Positions 1-9,320 of a stretch of 64,000 nucleotides of DNA are shown here, piece after piece; the first letter of the stretch is position 1, and each line of letters begins with the position of its first letter. The stretch lies in IMG/VR virus record IMGVR_UViG_3300046170_000409; one strand, 5' to 3'. The stretch comes from an uncultured virus (IMG/VR IMGVR_UViG_3300046170_000409). Lineage: Duplodnaviria > Heunggongvirae > Uroviricota > Caudoviricetes. The notes under the pieces were generated by a model. The model saw only the letters and a program-made list of their open reading frames with translations. It was not told the origin of the DNA and did not search any database. The position numbers were made by a program, and so were the translations under genes.

Positions 1-2
1 AA

Positions 3-2738
3 AGATTTTCTTGCCTCTGGATTATCTAACTTTGCCTTTAATCCTGATGTGTCACCAAATGTAACTTTCTTCACATTACCTGTTGATGGATCTTTTACAT
101 AAACATAAAATTTCTTTGGTCCACCACGTTTTGGTTTATTAAGTTCTACATCTTTATCTGCTTCCAATAAAGGAATATCTAATGGCACTTCCATACCCTC
201 ATAGAAATCAACTTCCCCTGCATCTGATTCTAATAGTGTTATATCAAATGTATCAGAAACTAATAAATCACCTGACTCATAAAGTTTACGACATTCTCTA
301 AAAAACTCATAGTATTTGTCACTATGTGGACGGAACACATTCTCTTTAATTGACAAGTTATTATCTATGTGATATTGTATTGCCTCTTGTAAAGGTGTGT
401 CCTTTTTATACTTTTTTACGAGTTTGTCTGTTCCCTCCTCACCTGCACCACCTTTCTCATTCATCATGCTTGGGTGATGTTCAAATGCTCCTTGAACTTT
501 CAGAAATTCAGATGCATACATTGTCTCACCAACACCAGCACTTTTTGTGGTTTGGAATGACTCTGTTATATCTTCAGGTTGAGAGACTGGTCTTGCTTTT
601 GGAATTGCAAGCATTGATTTTAAGTTTTTCTTTTCTTTAGGTTTTTCATGAGTGTAACCCATCTTTGCTAATTTTTCATGGTCAGCAGGAACTTTTGCCA
701 TTTGAGACTTTCCAGATTTTGGATCGTACATCATATGTGGTTCAAATGATTCCTTTGGTTTCTCACCCTTTTCTTTTTTAGCAATTGCAATTGCTGCTTG
801 TTGTGCACGATTCTTTGCTTCAGGCACACAGTTAGGAACCATCTTGTCTCCTTTCTTTTTCATACCTGCTTGTTTATATCCATCCCAACATGCTTCATTA
901 ATTGCTTTTTTCATATCTCTATATGACTTAGACATTGTTGCAATTAATTTTGCTTTATCAGCAGGTCTACGCATGTCTGCCCATTTTTTAAGTGCTTTTA
1001 AAGTCACATCCATTGGGACTTTAACTTTTTTGCCATCTTTAAATTGAACATCATGTTTTCCTTTAGTATCAAATGATTTCTTCAATTGAAGTAAAAGGTT
1101 TTTACGAGCATCATCTTTATCTGCTTTAGATAATTCAATATCTTTAGAGAATGGTCTTTGTTGAACATCTTTATCAAATCTCATTGCTCTACGAGCATCA
1201 GCACGTGCATTCTCTTCAACTGATTCTTTCTTTGTTCCTTTATGTTGTTTCCATAAATCTGCATCACCAGTTGTACGAGTTTTACCTCCAGTGATAAAAC
1301 TATTCACACGAGCATATGCCCATTGTTGTTGAGATGCTCCAGGACGATGTCCTGTTCTCCATGCTGCCATACCACGATCGTATACTTTTTTAAGAATGCT
1401 ATAAGAGATACCAGACTTCTCTGCTTTCTTTTTTAATGCCTCTTTAGAATCTTCTGTCAATTCATATGATTCAGTTTGTTGATTCTTTGCTTGAGTATCT
1501 TGTGTACGTGCACGATCTAACATTGCATCGTGTTTACGTTTATCTGCTTCTTTTTCTCTTTTAATATCTTCTTTTGCACGTTTGACTGAATCTTGTTCGC
1601 CAAACATATCACGATATTTTTTGGTGTGTTTACTTAATTTAGTTTTGACACCAGTGTCGCCAGCATGTTTGTCTGGATATGCTTTTGGATCGTCGGATGA
1701 CATTTTACTACCTCTTTTGAATTGTTTATCTCTTGTTACTTTTGTTGACTTAGCAAGACCAGTGTGATACTTACGAGGTTGTGAACCCTCACGATCTTTA
1801 ATCGCTGGATCTTCTGGTACTTGTCTTTCAAAAATAAATTCTTCATTTTTAGACTTACGCAATGCCTTTAATCTTTCACGTTCTGACTTAGTTATTTTTG
1901 GCATTAAACGTTTTGCTAATTTTTGTATTACTGCAGATTTCTTTGCAACCATTTTATCAATAGTTATCTTTTCTGAAGGAGAGAGTTTTTGATACTCCAG
2001 TCCTCTTGTTCCTGCAACCTTTTTACGAATAATTTTCCTTGCTGCTTTTGCAGCACGTTTTTTAAGTTGTTCTTTGCCTGCCATTTTGCGTAATTTAATT
2101 GCACGTTTTCTAGCAATCTTAGGTGCAAGCACTCTCATTCTACGACCAATAGCAAGTCTTTGTTGAATGGTTAATGGTTTTCTTTGTTCTTCTATTTCTT
2201 CAACAACACTACGAATGGTGTCATATATTTTCTTTGCATCAGAACTTGATAGTTTTCTTGGTAGTCCTGTAGAAAATGTTTTAAAGTCTCCTTCTTTTGC
2301 TAATGCACGCAATTTAGATGCAGACATTCCTGACACACCTTCAGCATCTGGATCTCTTTCCCCTGCTGATACGACATCTATACTATCGAAGTTATACTCT
2401 CTACCATTATATTTGTTGAGTAATTTTGCGAATTCTTTTGTTCTATCAGACCCCACGACTAGAGTTGCATGTGTATATCCCATCTTCTCAAGTTCTTGTA
2501 AGATTTGTATTATTGTTTTAGAACGAGATGTCTGTGCAATAGAACCAAATGCTTTCTTTGCAAAACGCATTTTGGTTGCATAGTCTAATGGATCTTTTTT
2601 ATTGTTTTGTGTATGGGATAAAAAGACTTTTGCATCGGCACGATTAGTTTTTGCGACATCCTTAACTTTATTGACTAGTTTTTGGTGTCCGATGGTTGGA
2701 GGATTCATCCTGCCAAATGTAAATACTACTTTTTTCAT
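3..2738 (-). CDS. Large modular protein (>912 aa, runs off the window): N-terminal HxGH nucleotidyltransferase (cytidylyltransferase-like) domain followed by short conserved virion-internal-type modules
   Basis: Translated by hand: ATG at 2738, MKKVVFTFGRMNPPTIGHQKL...VVGSDR...MSASKLR. The same frame reads ...NPEARKS at the window edge. It is absent from the ORF track, consistent with no stop inside the window. Late promoter at 2780-2787. Confidence 0.8.
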   Translation of the reverse strand, partial: MKKVVFTFGRMNPPTIGHQKLVNKVKDVAKTNRADAKVFLSHTQNNKKDPLDYATKMRFAKKAFGSIAQTSRSKTIIQILQELEKMGYTHATLVVGSDRTKEFAKLLNKYNGREYNFDSIDVVSAGERDPDAEGVSGMSASKLRALAKEGDFKTFSTGLPRKLSSSDAKKIYDTIRSVVEEIEEQRKPLTIQQRLAIGRRMRVLAPKIARKRAIKLRKMAGKEQLKKRAAKAARKIIRKKVAGTRGLEYQKLSPSEKITIDKMVAKKSAVIQKLAKRLMPKITKSERERLKALRKSKNEEFIFERQVPEDPAIKDREGSQPRKYHTGLAKSTKVTRDKQFKRGSKMSSDDPKAYPDKHAGDTGVKTKLSKHTKKYRDMFGEQDSVKRAKEDIKREKEADKRKHDAMLDRARTQDTQAKNQQTESYELTEDSKEALKKKAEKSGISYSILKKVYDRGMAAWRTGHRPGASQQQWAYARVNSFITGGKTRTTGDADLWKQHKGTKKESVEENARADARRAMRFDKDVQQRPFSKDIELSKADKDDARKNLLLQLKKSFDTKGKHDVQFKDGKKVKVPMDVTLKALKKWADMRRPADKAKLIATMSKSYRDMKKAINEACWDGYKQAGMKKKGDKMVPNCVPEAKNRAQQAAIAIAKKEKGEKPKESFEPHMMYDPKSGKSQMAKVPADHEKLAKMGYTHEKPKEKKNLKSMLAIPKARPVSQPEDITESFQTTKSAGVGETMYASEFLKVQGAFEHHPSMMNEKGGAGEEGTDKLVKKYKKDTPLQEAIQYHIDNNLSIKENVFRPHSDKYYEFFRECRKLYESGDLLVSDTFDITLLESDAGEVDFYEGMEVPLDIPLLEADKDVELNKPKRGGPKKFYVYVKDPSTGNVKKVTFGDTSGLKAKLDNPEARKS

Positions 2739-2779
2739 ACGTGTTTTCCTGAGACTTAACGTTAATTATTGATTAACTT

Positions 2780-2787
2780 TATTTATA
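2780..2787 (-). promoter_or_regulatory. T4-type late promoter TATAAATA
   Basis: Exact gp55 consensus about 40 nt upstream of the ATG at 2738. Confidence 0.8.
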
Positions 2788-2790
2788 AGA

Positions 2791-4017
2791 TTACTTTTCC
2801 CAACCTTTAATTACATCAGAACTAAAGTTTGCTTTTGAGAATTCAAGTCGATTCACAAGTTTAACTGCATTTCCATCATTATTAATTGCTACATATCCTT
2901 CAGGTGCAGTAACTTCATATCCACTTTTTGTTTTTAAGAATGTGCCAATAGTTGATGCACGATCCATTTTACGAATAATCATTTCTTTTGCTTCGATTAT
3001 CATATTCATTAATTCAAATATATTAACAATATCTTTCATATTTGAACCAGCAAAGAATTTCATCATTTGTTTTTTCTTTTCCATCCAAGGTTTCTTACCT
3101 CTTGGAGTTTTCTTGCTTTCAATTTGTTTATCATAATAATCTACAACATAGTTGAGTAAATCACGAACATGACTCTTAGGATTTCTTATTTTCTCTCCTG
3201 CACGGACTTTAGTATTAAAGTGTGTTTTGATACGAGTCTTAATTTCTTCATCGTCTGAAATTGCATTTAATACTTTTGAATTAACCTTACGAAATATTTT
3301 TCCTGCATTACTCAGAAGTTTAGTAACTTCTTTTGTTTCTTTTTCAGTCATTGTTGCACGACCAGAAACATCTCTATAAGTTGCATCAGTATGCCATACA
3401 TCTTTAGTATCTTTTAATGCAGTGCTAATATCTTTACCAAATGTTGCTTTTAAATTTTCAAAATCATTTCCACTATAAGTTGTATGCCAAACAATACCAA
3501 TCTTACTATTACGAATACGACGACCTAATTCGCTATCTGTTGGTACAGCATAAACAATAGTGTTTGGATGAAAGGTGATAACCTTTTCATCATCTATAGT
3601 ATCTTTCTTTATATCTTTGGAACTGTAGAGAAAATCTCCTTGTATAATTCCAGTGATACCAAGTTGTGGTAAATGACGAAGTGCCAATTTAAATTTGTCT
3701 GCTAAGTCACCTGACAAGTCTGCATCTATTTCACTTTCTGTTTTATAAATTTTAGGATTCTTATTAAAGATACCTTTTTTAGCAATAAAGAATTTTCCAT
3801 CACGAGGATCTTTACCTGCAAAGATAGCAGGTGCACCATCCCATTTCACTGTTGCATTAATTGCTCTTTTAGTGGAACCTGATAGCATGTCTCGCATACT
3901 CTGTAAAAAGTTAATTGATTCTCTTGCACCACGAACACCAAAGTTGAAGATGCTATCTTCAAGATGCTCCATATGCACATTTTTCTGTTCAGTAAGGTAT
4001 GATGTAAACTTTATCAT
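2791..4017 (-). CDS. Conserved T4-like phage protein with ligase/nucleotidyltransferase-like motifs (DUF6267-like)
   Basis: TVKWDGAPA (KxDG, motif I), EGYV (motif IV-like) and VKLVNRLEFS (motif V-like). Confidence 0.6.
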   Translation of the reverse strand: MIKFTSYLTEQKNVHMEHLEDSIFNFGVRGARESINFLQSMRDMLSGSTKRAINATVKWDGAPAIFAGKDPRDGKFFIAKKGIFNKNPKIYKTESEIDADLSGDLADKFKLALRHLPQLGITGIIQGDFLYSSKDIKKDTIDDEKVITFHPNTIVYAVPTDSELGRRIRNSKIGIVWHTTYSGNDFENLKATFGKDISTALKDTKDVWHTDATYRDVSGRATMTEKETKEVTKLLSNAGKIFRKVNSKVLNAISDDEEIKTRIKTHFNTKVRAGEKIRNPKSHVRDLLNYVVDYYDKQIESKKTPRGKKPWMEKKKQMMKFFAGSNMKDIVNIFELMNMIIEAKEMIIRKMDRASTIGTFLKTKSGYEVTAPEGYVAINNDGNAVKLVNRLEFSKANFSSDVIKGWEK

Positions 4018-5093
4018 TTGAAATCTATTTTGTCTTTAACTTTAATGACTGGTTGTGCACCAAAGAAACTCATTATGTTTCTTGCCTTTTTAGATACAAA
4101 CCTTTTAATTTTGCCCACCATCATTACAAGTTTTCCTTTTAGTTTTGAGAATATTTTAGTGACAATATTCTCAACGAGCATATCGCCACTGTCTTGCTTT
4201 TTTTCGATTTCCTCATCCATTGCATTTACAATAAGTGATACAACAGACCAGAAGTTATATTCTCCTGTTTTCTTACCTTTAATTTTTCTAGATGATGTTT
4301 TAAATCTTGCTTGTAGTCTCATTTTGTCTGCAATCTTTTCACAATAAGTGTCATCATAAACAGACTTAATTGATACAGTGCTTCCACTATGGTCTGCAAC
4401 AACCATATATTCTGCTGATGCATCTGACTTATCGCCATACTTCATAAATCCAGACATTGCCTCACGTGCAAATGCAATCTTGAAGTCACGATTCTCTTCA
4501 AATAGTTTGCCAAGTTCTTCCATAATCTCTTTATGTGCTTTCTCACCTTTGTTTACTAACTCATTAGTTCCTGCTTTAATTAATGGTCTAAGTTGAGATG
4601 GTGCAAGTGAGTTTGTGACGAAGTTCTCAAATATTCCCATCACAGTTGATATTTGTGGAGATTTTTCAACCTTTGCCTTTTCCATTGCAGCATAAAATGT
4701 TGCAGTAGATTCTGCTTTACCACCAGACATTAATTGTGCATTACCAATCTTTAATGATAATCTTTTATCTCCAATAAGTATATCAGTCTTTGGTGTTGTG
4801 TCGGTTGCTCCATGTGATTTCCAAAACTTAGTGAGTCCTGACTTTGCACGACCATATTGTTGTGCTTTGTCTTTTGGATTTTTAAAGTGGTCAAGTATAC
4901 CTTGTGCAATCTTTTCACCTGCTTCAATATACTTTGGATTATTTCCAAGCACTTCATATGTTTTTGGGGCGATTCCAGATTTTGATAAATCAAATGGTTG
5001 TTTAGTTATATTATGCCAACCAACAACAATTGCTGCTTCAAAATCTTCTGCTTTGATTTTTTCTTCAATAAGGTATTCGGATAATTTTAACAT
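4014..5093 (-). CDS. Putative PD-(D/E)xK nuclease-fold protein
   Basis: TPKTDILIGDKRLSLK resembles the PD...(D/E/S)xK core; 4-nt overlap with the downstream gene. Confidence 0.45.
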   Translation of the reverse strand: MLKLSEYLIEEKIKAEDFEAAIVVGWHNITKQPFDLSKSGIAPKTYEVLGNNPKYIEAGEKIAQGILDHFKNPKDKAQQYGRAKSGLTKFWKSHGATDTTPKTDILIGDKRLSLKIGNAQLMSGGKAESTATFYAAMEKAKVEKSPQISTVMGIFENFVTNSLAPSQLRPLIKAGTNELVNKGEKAHKEIMEELGKLFEENRDFKIAFAREAMSGFMKYGDKSDASAEYMVVADHSGSTVSIKSVYDDTYCEKIADKMRLQARFKTSSRKIKGKKTGEYNFWSVVSLIVNAMDEEIEKKQDSGDMLVENIVTKIFSKLKGKLVMMVGKIKRFVSKKARNIMSFFGAQPVIKVKDKIDFK

Positions 5094-5100
5094 TCTATTG

Positions 5101-5108
5101 TATTTATA
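5101..5108 (-). promoter_or_regulatory. T4-type late promoter TATAAATA
   Basis: Exact consensus immediately upstream of the ATG at 5093. Confidence 0.8.
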
Positions 5109-5114
5109 AGATGA

Positions 5115-5891
5115 TTATAATGTTATCATCATCTGTTTTCTGCGTCCTCCACAAAAATGTAAAAAGTTCGCAAACTCAGGAAAGTCACCTAACATGATAT
5201 TTCCTTTTATTGTATTCGCACCAGTCCAATTCCATATATTGTCTAGTTCAGTTATTCTATCTAAAAGATTGTTTTTAGTCAACATTAATATCCACCACAT
5301 TTCATCAATATGAATAAATCTATTAACTACATGTTCATCAGGTTTGAATTCTGTGAATGGTAAAAACTTTTCTCTTATTTCTTTTCTCATCTTTTTTGTT
5401 GTAACCATAACACCTGTATTATACCATCTTATTTGCCCATCGTCAAAGTATGTAATATCAATTTCATGTTTATCAAAACATTCATGTATCTCATTCCATG
5501 CACTACTATATTTTCTCATAAATGCTGGATGGAAGTTGCCTTTATATTCAGCACGTTCTGGCATACAAATTAATTCACCCTCAATATCAAATATATTTGA
5601 TTTTAGTATTAGAGGATAAACATCTGAGTCAACATAAAGAATCTTCTCATATTGGTCAAAGTATGGGTCTGTAAATATTTGATATCTCTCATAGAATTTT
5701 GGATATTTTAATCCTGTTGTTTCTTCATCAAGTTTTGCCTCTTCAACAAACATATAATCTGCATCATGCCATTCAGCATATTCTATAAAACCTGATTGAG
5801 ATACTTGAGCATGTGATGGTTGACTGACAGGAGTGTCATCCTTGAGCAGTGAGTGTCTATTCGGAATGTTAACTTGAAAAACTAAATTCAT
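5115..5891 (-). CDS. GT-A fold glycosyltransferase (GT8-like)
   Basis: ILYVDSD (DxD), YNTGVMV, WN and FLHFCG motifs; TATAAGTA late-promoter variant at 5898-5905. Confidence 0.7.
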   Translation of the reverse strand: MNLVFQVNIPNRHSLLKDDTPVSQPSHAQVSQSGFIEYAEWHDADYMFVEEAKLDEETTGLKYPKFYERYQIFTDPYFDQYEKILYVDSDVYPLILKSNIFDIEGELICMPERAEYKGNFHPAFMRKYSSAWNEIHECFDKHEIDITYFDDGQIRWYNTGVMVTTKKMRKEIREKFLPFTEFKPDEHVVNRFIHIDEMWWILMLTKNNLLDRITELDNIWNWTGANTIKGNIMLGDFPEFANFLHFCGGRRKQMMITL

Positions 5892-5910
5892 TATTACTAC
5901 TTATAAAGAA

Positions 5911-5963
5911 TGCAGTGGTGCACAGTGTAAGTTGTAAGAAAAGAGAGAGTGTGCACCACTGCA
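5911..5963 (-). ncRNA. Perfect 14-bp stem with 25-nt loop; candidate terminator or antisense small RNA
   Basis: TGCAGTGGTGCACA (5911-5924) pairs with TGTGCACCACTGCA (5950-5963). On the minus strand it is followed by TTCTTT. Confidence 0.5.
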
Positions 5964-5972
5964 AGAAAATTG

Positions 5973-6188
5973 TTAGTTGTTAGATTGTCCCAACATAACT
6001 GTGCTCAATGCTTCAAGTTTATCTTGTGCATTAGCAATCTTTTCTAATTCTTTTTCTATTGTTTCTGAGTATTCAATGTGTTCAGCAACACCTTGTAAAC
6101 TTGATAAAAATATGTCAATGTTAGTTTTTGCAATTGCAATATCATTTTCATACTTGCTTTTCAAGTTCTGTAATATCTCATTTTTCAT
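5973..6188 (-). CDS. Conserved small hypothetical protein
   Basis: 71-aa ORF with AGGAGA RBS. Confidence 0.75.
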   Translation of the reverse strand: MKNEILQNLKSKYENDIAIAKTNIDIFLSSLQGVAEHIEYSETIEKELEKIANAQDKLEALSTVMLGQSNN

Positions 6189-6198
6189 AATTTTCTCC

Positions 6199-6321
6199 TT
6201 ATAATATTATATTCCAAAATATTGATATAACAGAAACGAATATGAATGCTTTTACAATATCTGGCACTTCACAGAGCACGTCGCAAAAAACATTACCAAG
6301 TTCTTTTAACTTATCCATCAT
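6199..6321 (-). CDS. Small membrane protein (40 aa)
   Basis: Translated by hand: MMDKLKELGNVFCDVLCEVPDIVKAFIFVSVISIFWNIIL; GGAGG RBS; abuts the upstream stop. Confidence 0.55.
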   Translation of the reverse strand: MMDKLKELGNVFCDVLCEVPDIVKAFIFVSVISIFWNIIL

Positions 6322-6737
6322 TACAAATATTCCTCCCAATTTAGATAAAGTTTATACAATATCTCTTGTAGTCTATATGCTTGTTGTTCCCATGGTTGTT
6401 TGCTATATGGAGTATCAGTATAATCTTTACCTTTCCAATATTGCTTAGTATGGGTGTCTTTTAATAACCTGTACGCATATTGCCAAACATGAACCATTTC
6501 GTGAATGACACAGGTTATAAAATCATCTTCTTTTTTTATCCTATTATCAATTTCAATTTCAAATTCTCTACTTGATAATGCCAGACAATATCCTTCAGCA
6601 TCATCTATTTTCTTTAGATTGATATCGATGTCAAGAGTACGAAGTCTTGGCATCATGTAATCAATACACCAGAAAACTACATCTTCAACGAGTTCTCGTT
6701 GTTTTTTATTTCCACCTCTCACGGAAATAGTATTCAT
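6321..6737 (-). CDS. Zincin-like metallopeptidase-domain protein
   Basis: HEMVHVWQ (HExxH) plus downstream PWEQQA. Confidence 0.7.
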   Translation of the reverse strand: MNTISVRGGNKKQRELVEDVVFWCIDYMMPRLRTLDIDINLKKIDDAEGYCLALSSREFEIEIDNRIKKEDDFITCVIHEMVHVWQYAYRLLKDTHTKQYWKGKDYTDTPYSKQPWEQQAYRLQEILYKLYLNWEEYL

Positions 6738-6749
6738 TTTTATGACCTC

Positions 6750-6935
6750 TTATTTTTCTATTGAAAGACCAAGACCACCAATCGCAATCATAATCGTACC
6801 AGAGATACCATAAATTAAGGCATCTGTGATAGACATAGCATTTTCCAAACATTTACCATCGCAATCAGATCCTGCTGTTCCAAAGAGCATTAGAAACCCC
6901 ATTACAATTATGGTATATAACAAGAATTTAATCAT
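6750..6935 (-). CDS. Small membrane protein
   Basis: Two hydrophobic segments flanking GSDCDGKC; first gene after an early promoter. Confidence 0.7.
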   Translation of the reverse strand: MIKFLLYTIIVMGFLMLFGTAGSDCDGKCLENAMSITDALIYGISGTIMIAIGGLGLSIEK

Positions 6936-6975
6936 ATTTTCTTCTCCTATTTATCTTAATTTAACTTACAGATAG

Positions 6976-7004
6976 ATTATACCCTATTCGAGAAGAAATG
7001 TCAA
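6976..7004 (-). promoter_or_regulatory. Sigma70-type early promoter
   Basis: TTGACA-N17-TATAAT. Confidence 0.8.
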
Positions 7005-7018
7005 GTGTTTTTTACAAA

Positions 7019-7621
7019 TTATTTCAGTTTTTTTGCCTCATTTGGCATACGAGACTCCTTAGTATAGGTCTCAATATCATATTTTGCACATAATTCTTTA
7101 TAATGTTCGATTTCCCCCTCGTTATAGGGAAATTTAATCATCTGCCAACCTATACGACGACCCATCTTTTTACCTAGTACCATCGCATTAAAAACAGAAT
7201 CGAAGTCTGTATTCACACGATATTTTTCTGCCGATTCTTGAGTGACACCATCTAGTCCAAACAACCATTGTACTCTTTTTGAATATGAGAATGCTTTCTC
7301 CCACCATTCTATTTTTTTGCCAGAACCATTAGTGGAGATAACCAAAGTGCCTTTATCTCTTTCGTCGAACAATTTAAGAATATCAAGAAACTTTGGATGA
7401 TATATTGCATCAGAAATATTACCACAAAAGTGCATATTGGTAGAGAATTTAAGAATCTTTTTAAAATCCTCAATGGGCATATCACGATATAGTTTTATAA
7501 GTTCCTTACCAAAATCAGTTTGACGCATACAAAAAGGACACTGCAATCCACATCTAAAAGATATTTCTAGATGCATATAAATTGCATTCATTGTATGTTC
7601 TATGTATCTTTCGTACCGCAT
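7019..7621 (-). CDS. Radical SAM protein
   Basis: CGLQCPFC (CxxxCxxC), STNG, FGLDG. Confidence 0.8.
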   Translation of the reverse strand: MRYERYIEHTMNAIYMHLEISFRCGLQCPFCMRQTDFGKELIKLYRDMPIEDFKKILKFSTNMHFCGNISDAIYHPKFLDILKLFDERDKGTLVISTNGSGKKIEWWEKAFSYSKRVQWLFGLDGVTQESAEKYRVNTDFDSVFNAMVLGKKMGRRIGWQMIKFPYNEGEIEHYKELCAKYDIETYTKESRMPNEAKKLK

Positions 7622-7893
7622 TTTATTTTACAGATTGGGGCAGGGTTATCACTTTCCATTCGTTTATGAAATTTAATCCATGCCTTTGAATAGAATATGT
7701 CTTCAACTGATTCTACGTTTTCGATCTTTAAATTATCATCATAGAATCCATTTTCTTCGAAATATTTATTATGGGAAATACACCAACAGCATGGCAAAAG
7801 ATGACCAGTGCCTGTGTAAAAGACTCCTTGCACCCACTCAGTTTGTTCTTCAGATGGTGTTGTGTATACTTGTTTGCATTTTGGTTTAATCAT
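7600..7893 (-). CDS. Stand-alone SPASM/twitch-like Fe-S domain protein
   Basis: PKC...GHLLPCCW...CKIKC. Likely start is MIKPKC, overlapping the gp41 stop (ATGA), rather than the track start at 7941. Confidence 0.6.
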   Translation of the reverse strand: MIKPKCKQVYTTPSEEQTEWVQGVFYTGTGHLLPCCWCISHNKYFEENGFYDDNLKIENVESVEDIFYSKAWIKFHKRMESDNPAPICKIKCGTKDT

Positions 7894-9320
7894 ACTTTCA
7901 ATCCACTGAAGTCTTTTCTTCCCATAGTCTTGGTTGCCCATTTCATTTGGTCATCCTCTTTTGCTCTTGAACCAAATGGAGACTTATCAAACACTGGTTT
8001 GTCATCTTCTTCATCCATGACATCTTTTTGTGCAGTTTGTTCTACATCGAATAGACGCATTTTTGCACGATCTACCCCCACGACAAATCTTTTGTATATG
8101 CTCGGATCTCCATAACGATTCTTCAATTGCTTAACCATCATTTGTCCAAGTTCCTGTAGTTCTTCCGAACTAATTAATGCAAACATAAAGTCAGCAGTTG
8201 CAGGCAGACCAAATGATTCTGAAGTATCTTCTAGTCCAACATCAGAGTTACTGAAACCAGAACGAGTAGTCTGAGTTGCAGACATGATAGGAACATTGTA
8301 TTCAACTGCCAGTCCACGCAACTCTTCAGCAATTGCTTTGACCAGAGTATATGAATTCACTTGTGCACCAGAACGAATACGACTTGACATACAAATGTTT
8401 AGATAATCAATATATATGATATCTGGTGTAAATTGTTTTTTGAGTTTCAACTCATTAATCAAATGTCGGAAATGACCAGAACCAGCACTTGCTGTTGGAT
8501 ATTCTTTGACAATTAATTTACCAGAGGTATTTCCTCTAACCTTTGCAATCTTTTTATCATACATTGCTTTTGGTAGTTTTGATAATTCATCAAGTGTCAC
8601 ATTTAATAAGTTCGCATCAATACGTTCTGCAATCTTTTCTTCTGCCATTTCCATAGTGATGTATAATACATTTTTACCATCAAGTAAATTCGCTGATGCA
8701 AAGTGACACATGGCAAGAGATTTACCAACACCAGTTCCAGCAAGAATAATGTTTAGTGATTTCTTAGGGAGACCACCTTTTGTAATCTTGTTAAGATATT
8801 CAAGGTCAAATGGCAAACGTTCTTCAACACGATGATAGAAATTATATCGTGTGTCAGAGTCATCTAAAAAGTCATGTCCAACACTGGGGTCGAAACTGAC
8901 TGATAATGCATCTGATAACAGTTCAGGAATTTTTCCTTTTTCATCTCTTTGATTTGAATCGATTATGGAAATTGATTCTGTGATGGCATTATAGATTGCC
9001 CTTTCTTGACAAAACTTTTCTGTCTTTTCAATTAACCATTGTTTATCTGTTTCTTCATTATCAGAAGATAAATCAGTAATTAATCTACTACAGACAGAAA
9101 ATTCTTCATCGTTGATATTAGAATTATTATCAAGTTCAATTACAAGTGCTTCTTTACTTGGTAGAGAATTGTATTTGTTAATAAACTTATCAATCTCTTC
9201 ATAAACAACTTTATCGGTTCTTTCTCGGAAATATTCAGACTTTAGGTATGGAATTGTTCTTCTTGCATAATCCTCATCATTAATCAGATGCTTCAGTATT
9301 ACCAGTTCCGTCCTGTCCAT
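7890..9320 (-). CDS. 41: Replicative DNA helicase (T4 gp41-like)
   Basis: AGTGVGKS Walker A, IDYLNIC, SATQTTRSG, QLKNRY. Confidence 0.97.
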   Translation of the reverse strand: MDRTELVILKHLINDEDYARRTIPYLKSEYFRERTDKVVYEEIDKFINKYNSLPSKEALVIELDNNSNINDEEFSVCSRLITDLSSDNEETDKQWLIEKTEKFCQERAIYNAITESISIIDSNQRDEKGKIPELLSDALSVSFDPSVGHDFLDDSDTRYNFYHRVEERLPFDLEYLNKITKGGLPKKSLNIILAGTGVGKSLAMCHFASANLLDGKNVLYITMEMAEEKIAERIDANLLNVTLDELSKLPKAMYDKKIAKVRGNTSGKLIVKEYPTASAGSGHFRHLINELKLKKQFTPDIIYIDYLNICMSSRIRSGAQVNSYTLVKAIAEELRGLAVEYNVPIMSATQTTRSGFSNSDVGLEDTSESFGLPATADFMFALISSEELQELGQMMVKQLKNRYGDPSIYKRFVVGVDRAKMRLFDVEQTAQKDVMDEEDDKPVFDKSPFGSRAKEDDQMKWATKTMGRKDFSGLKV

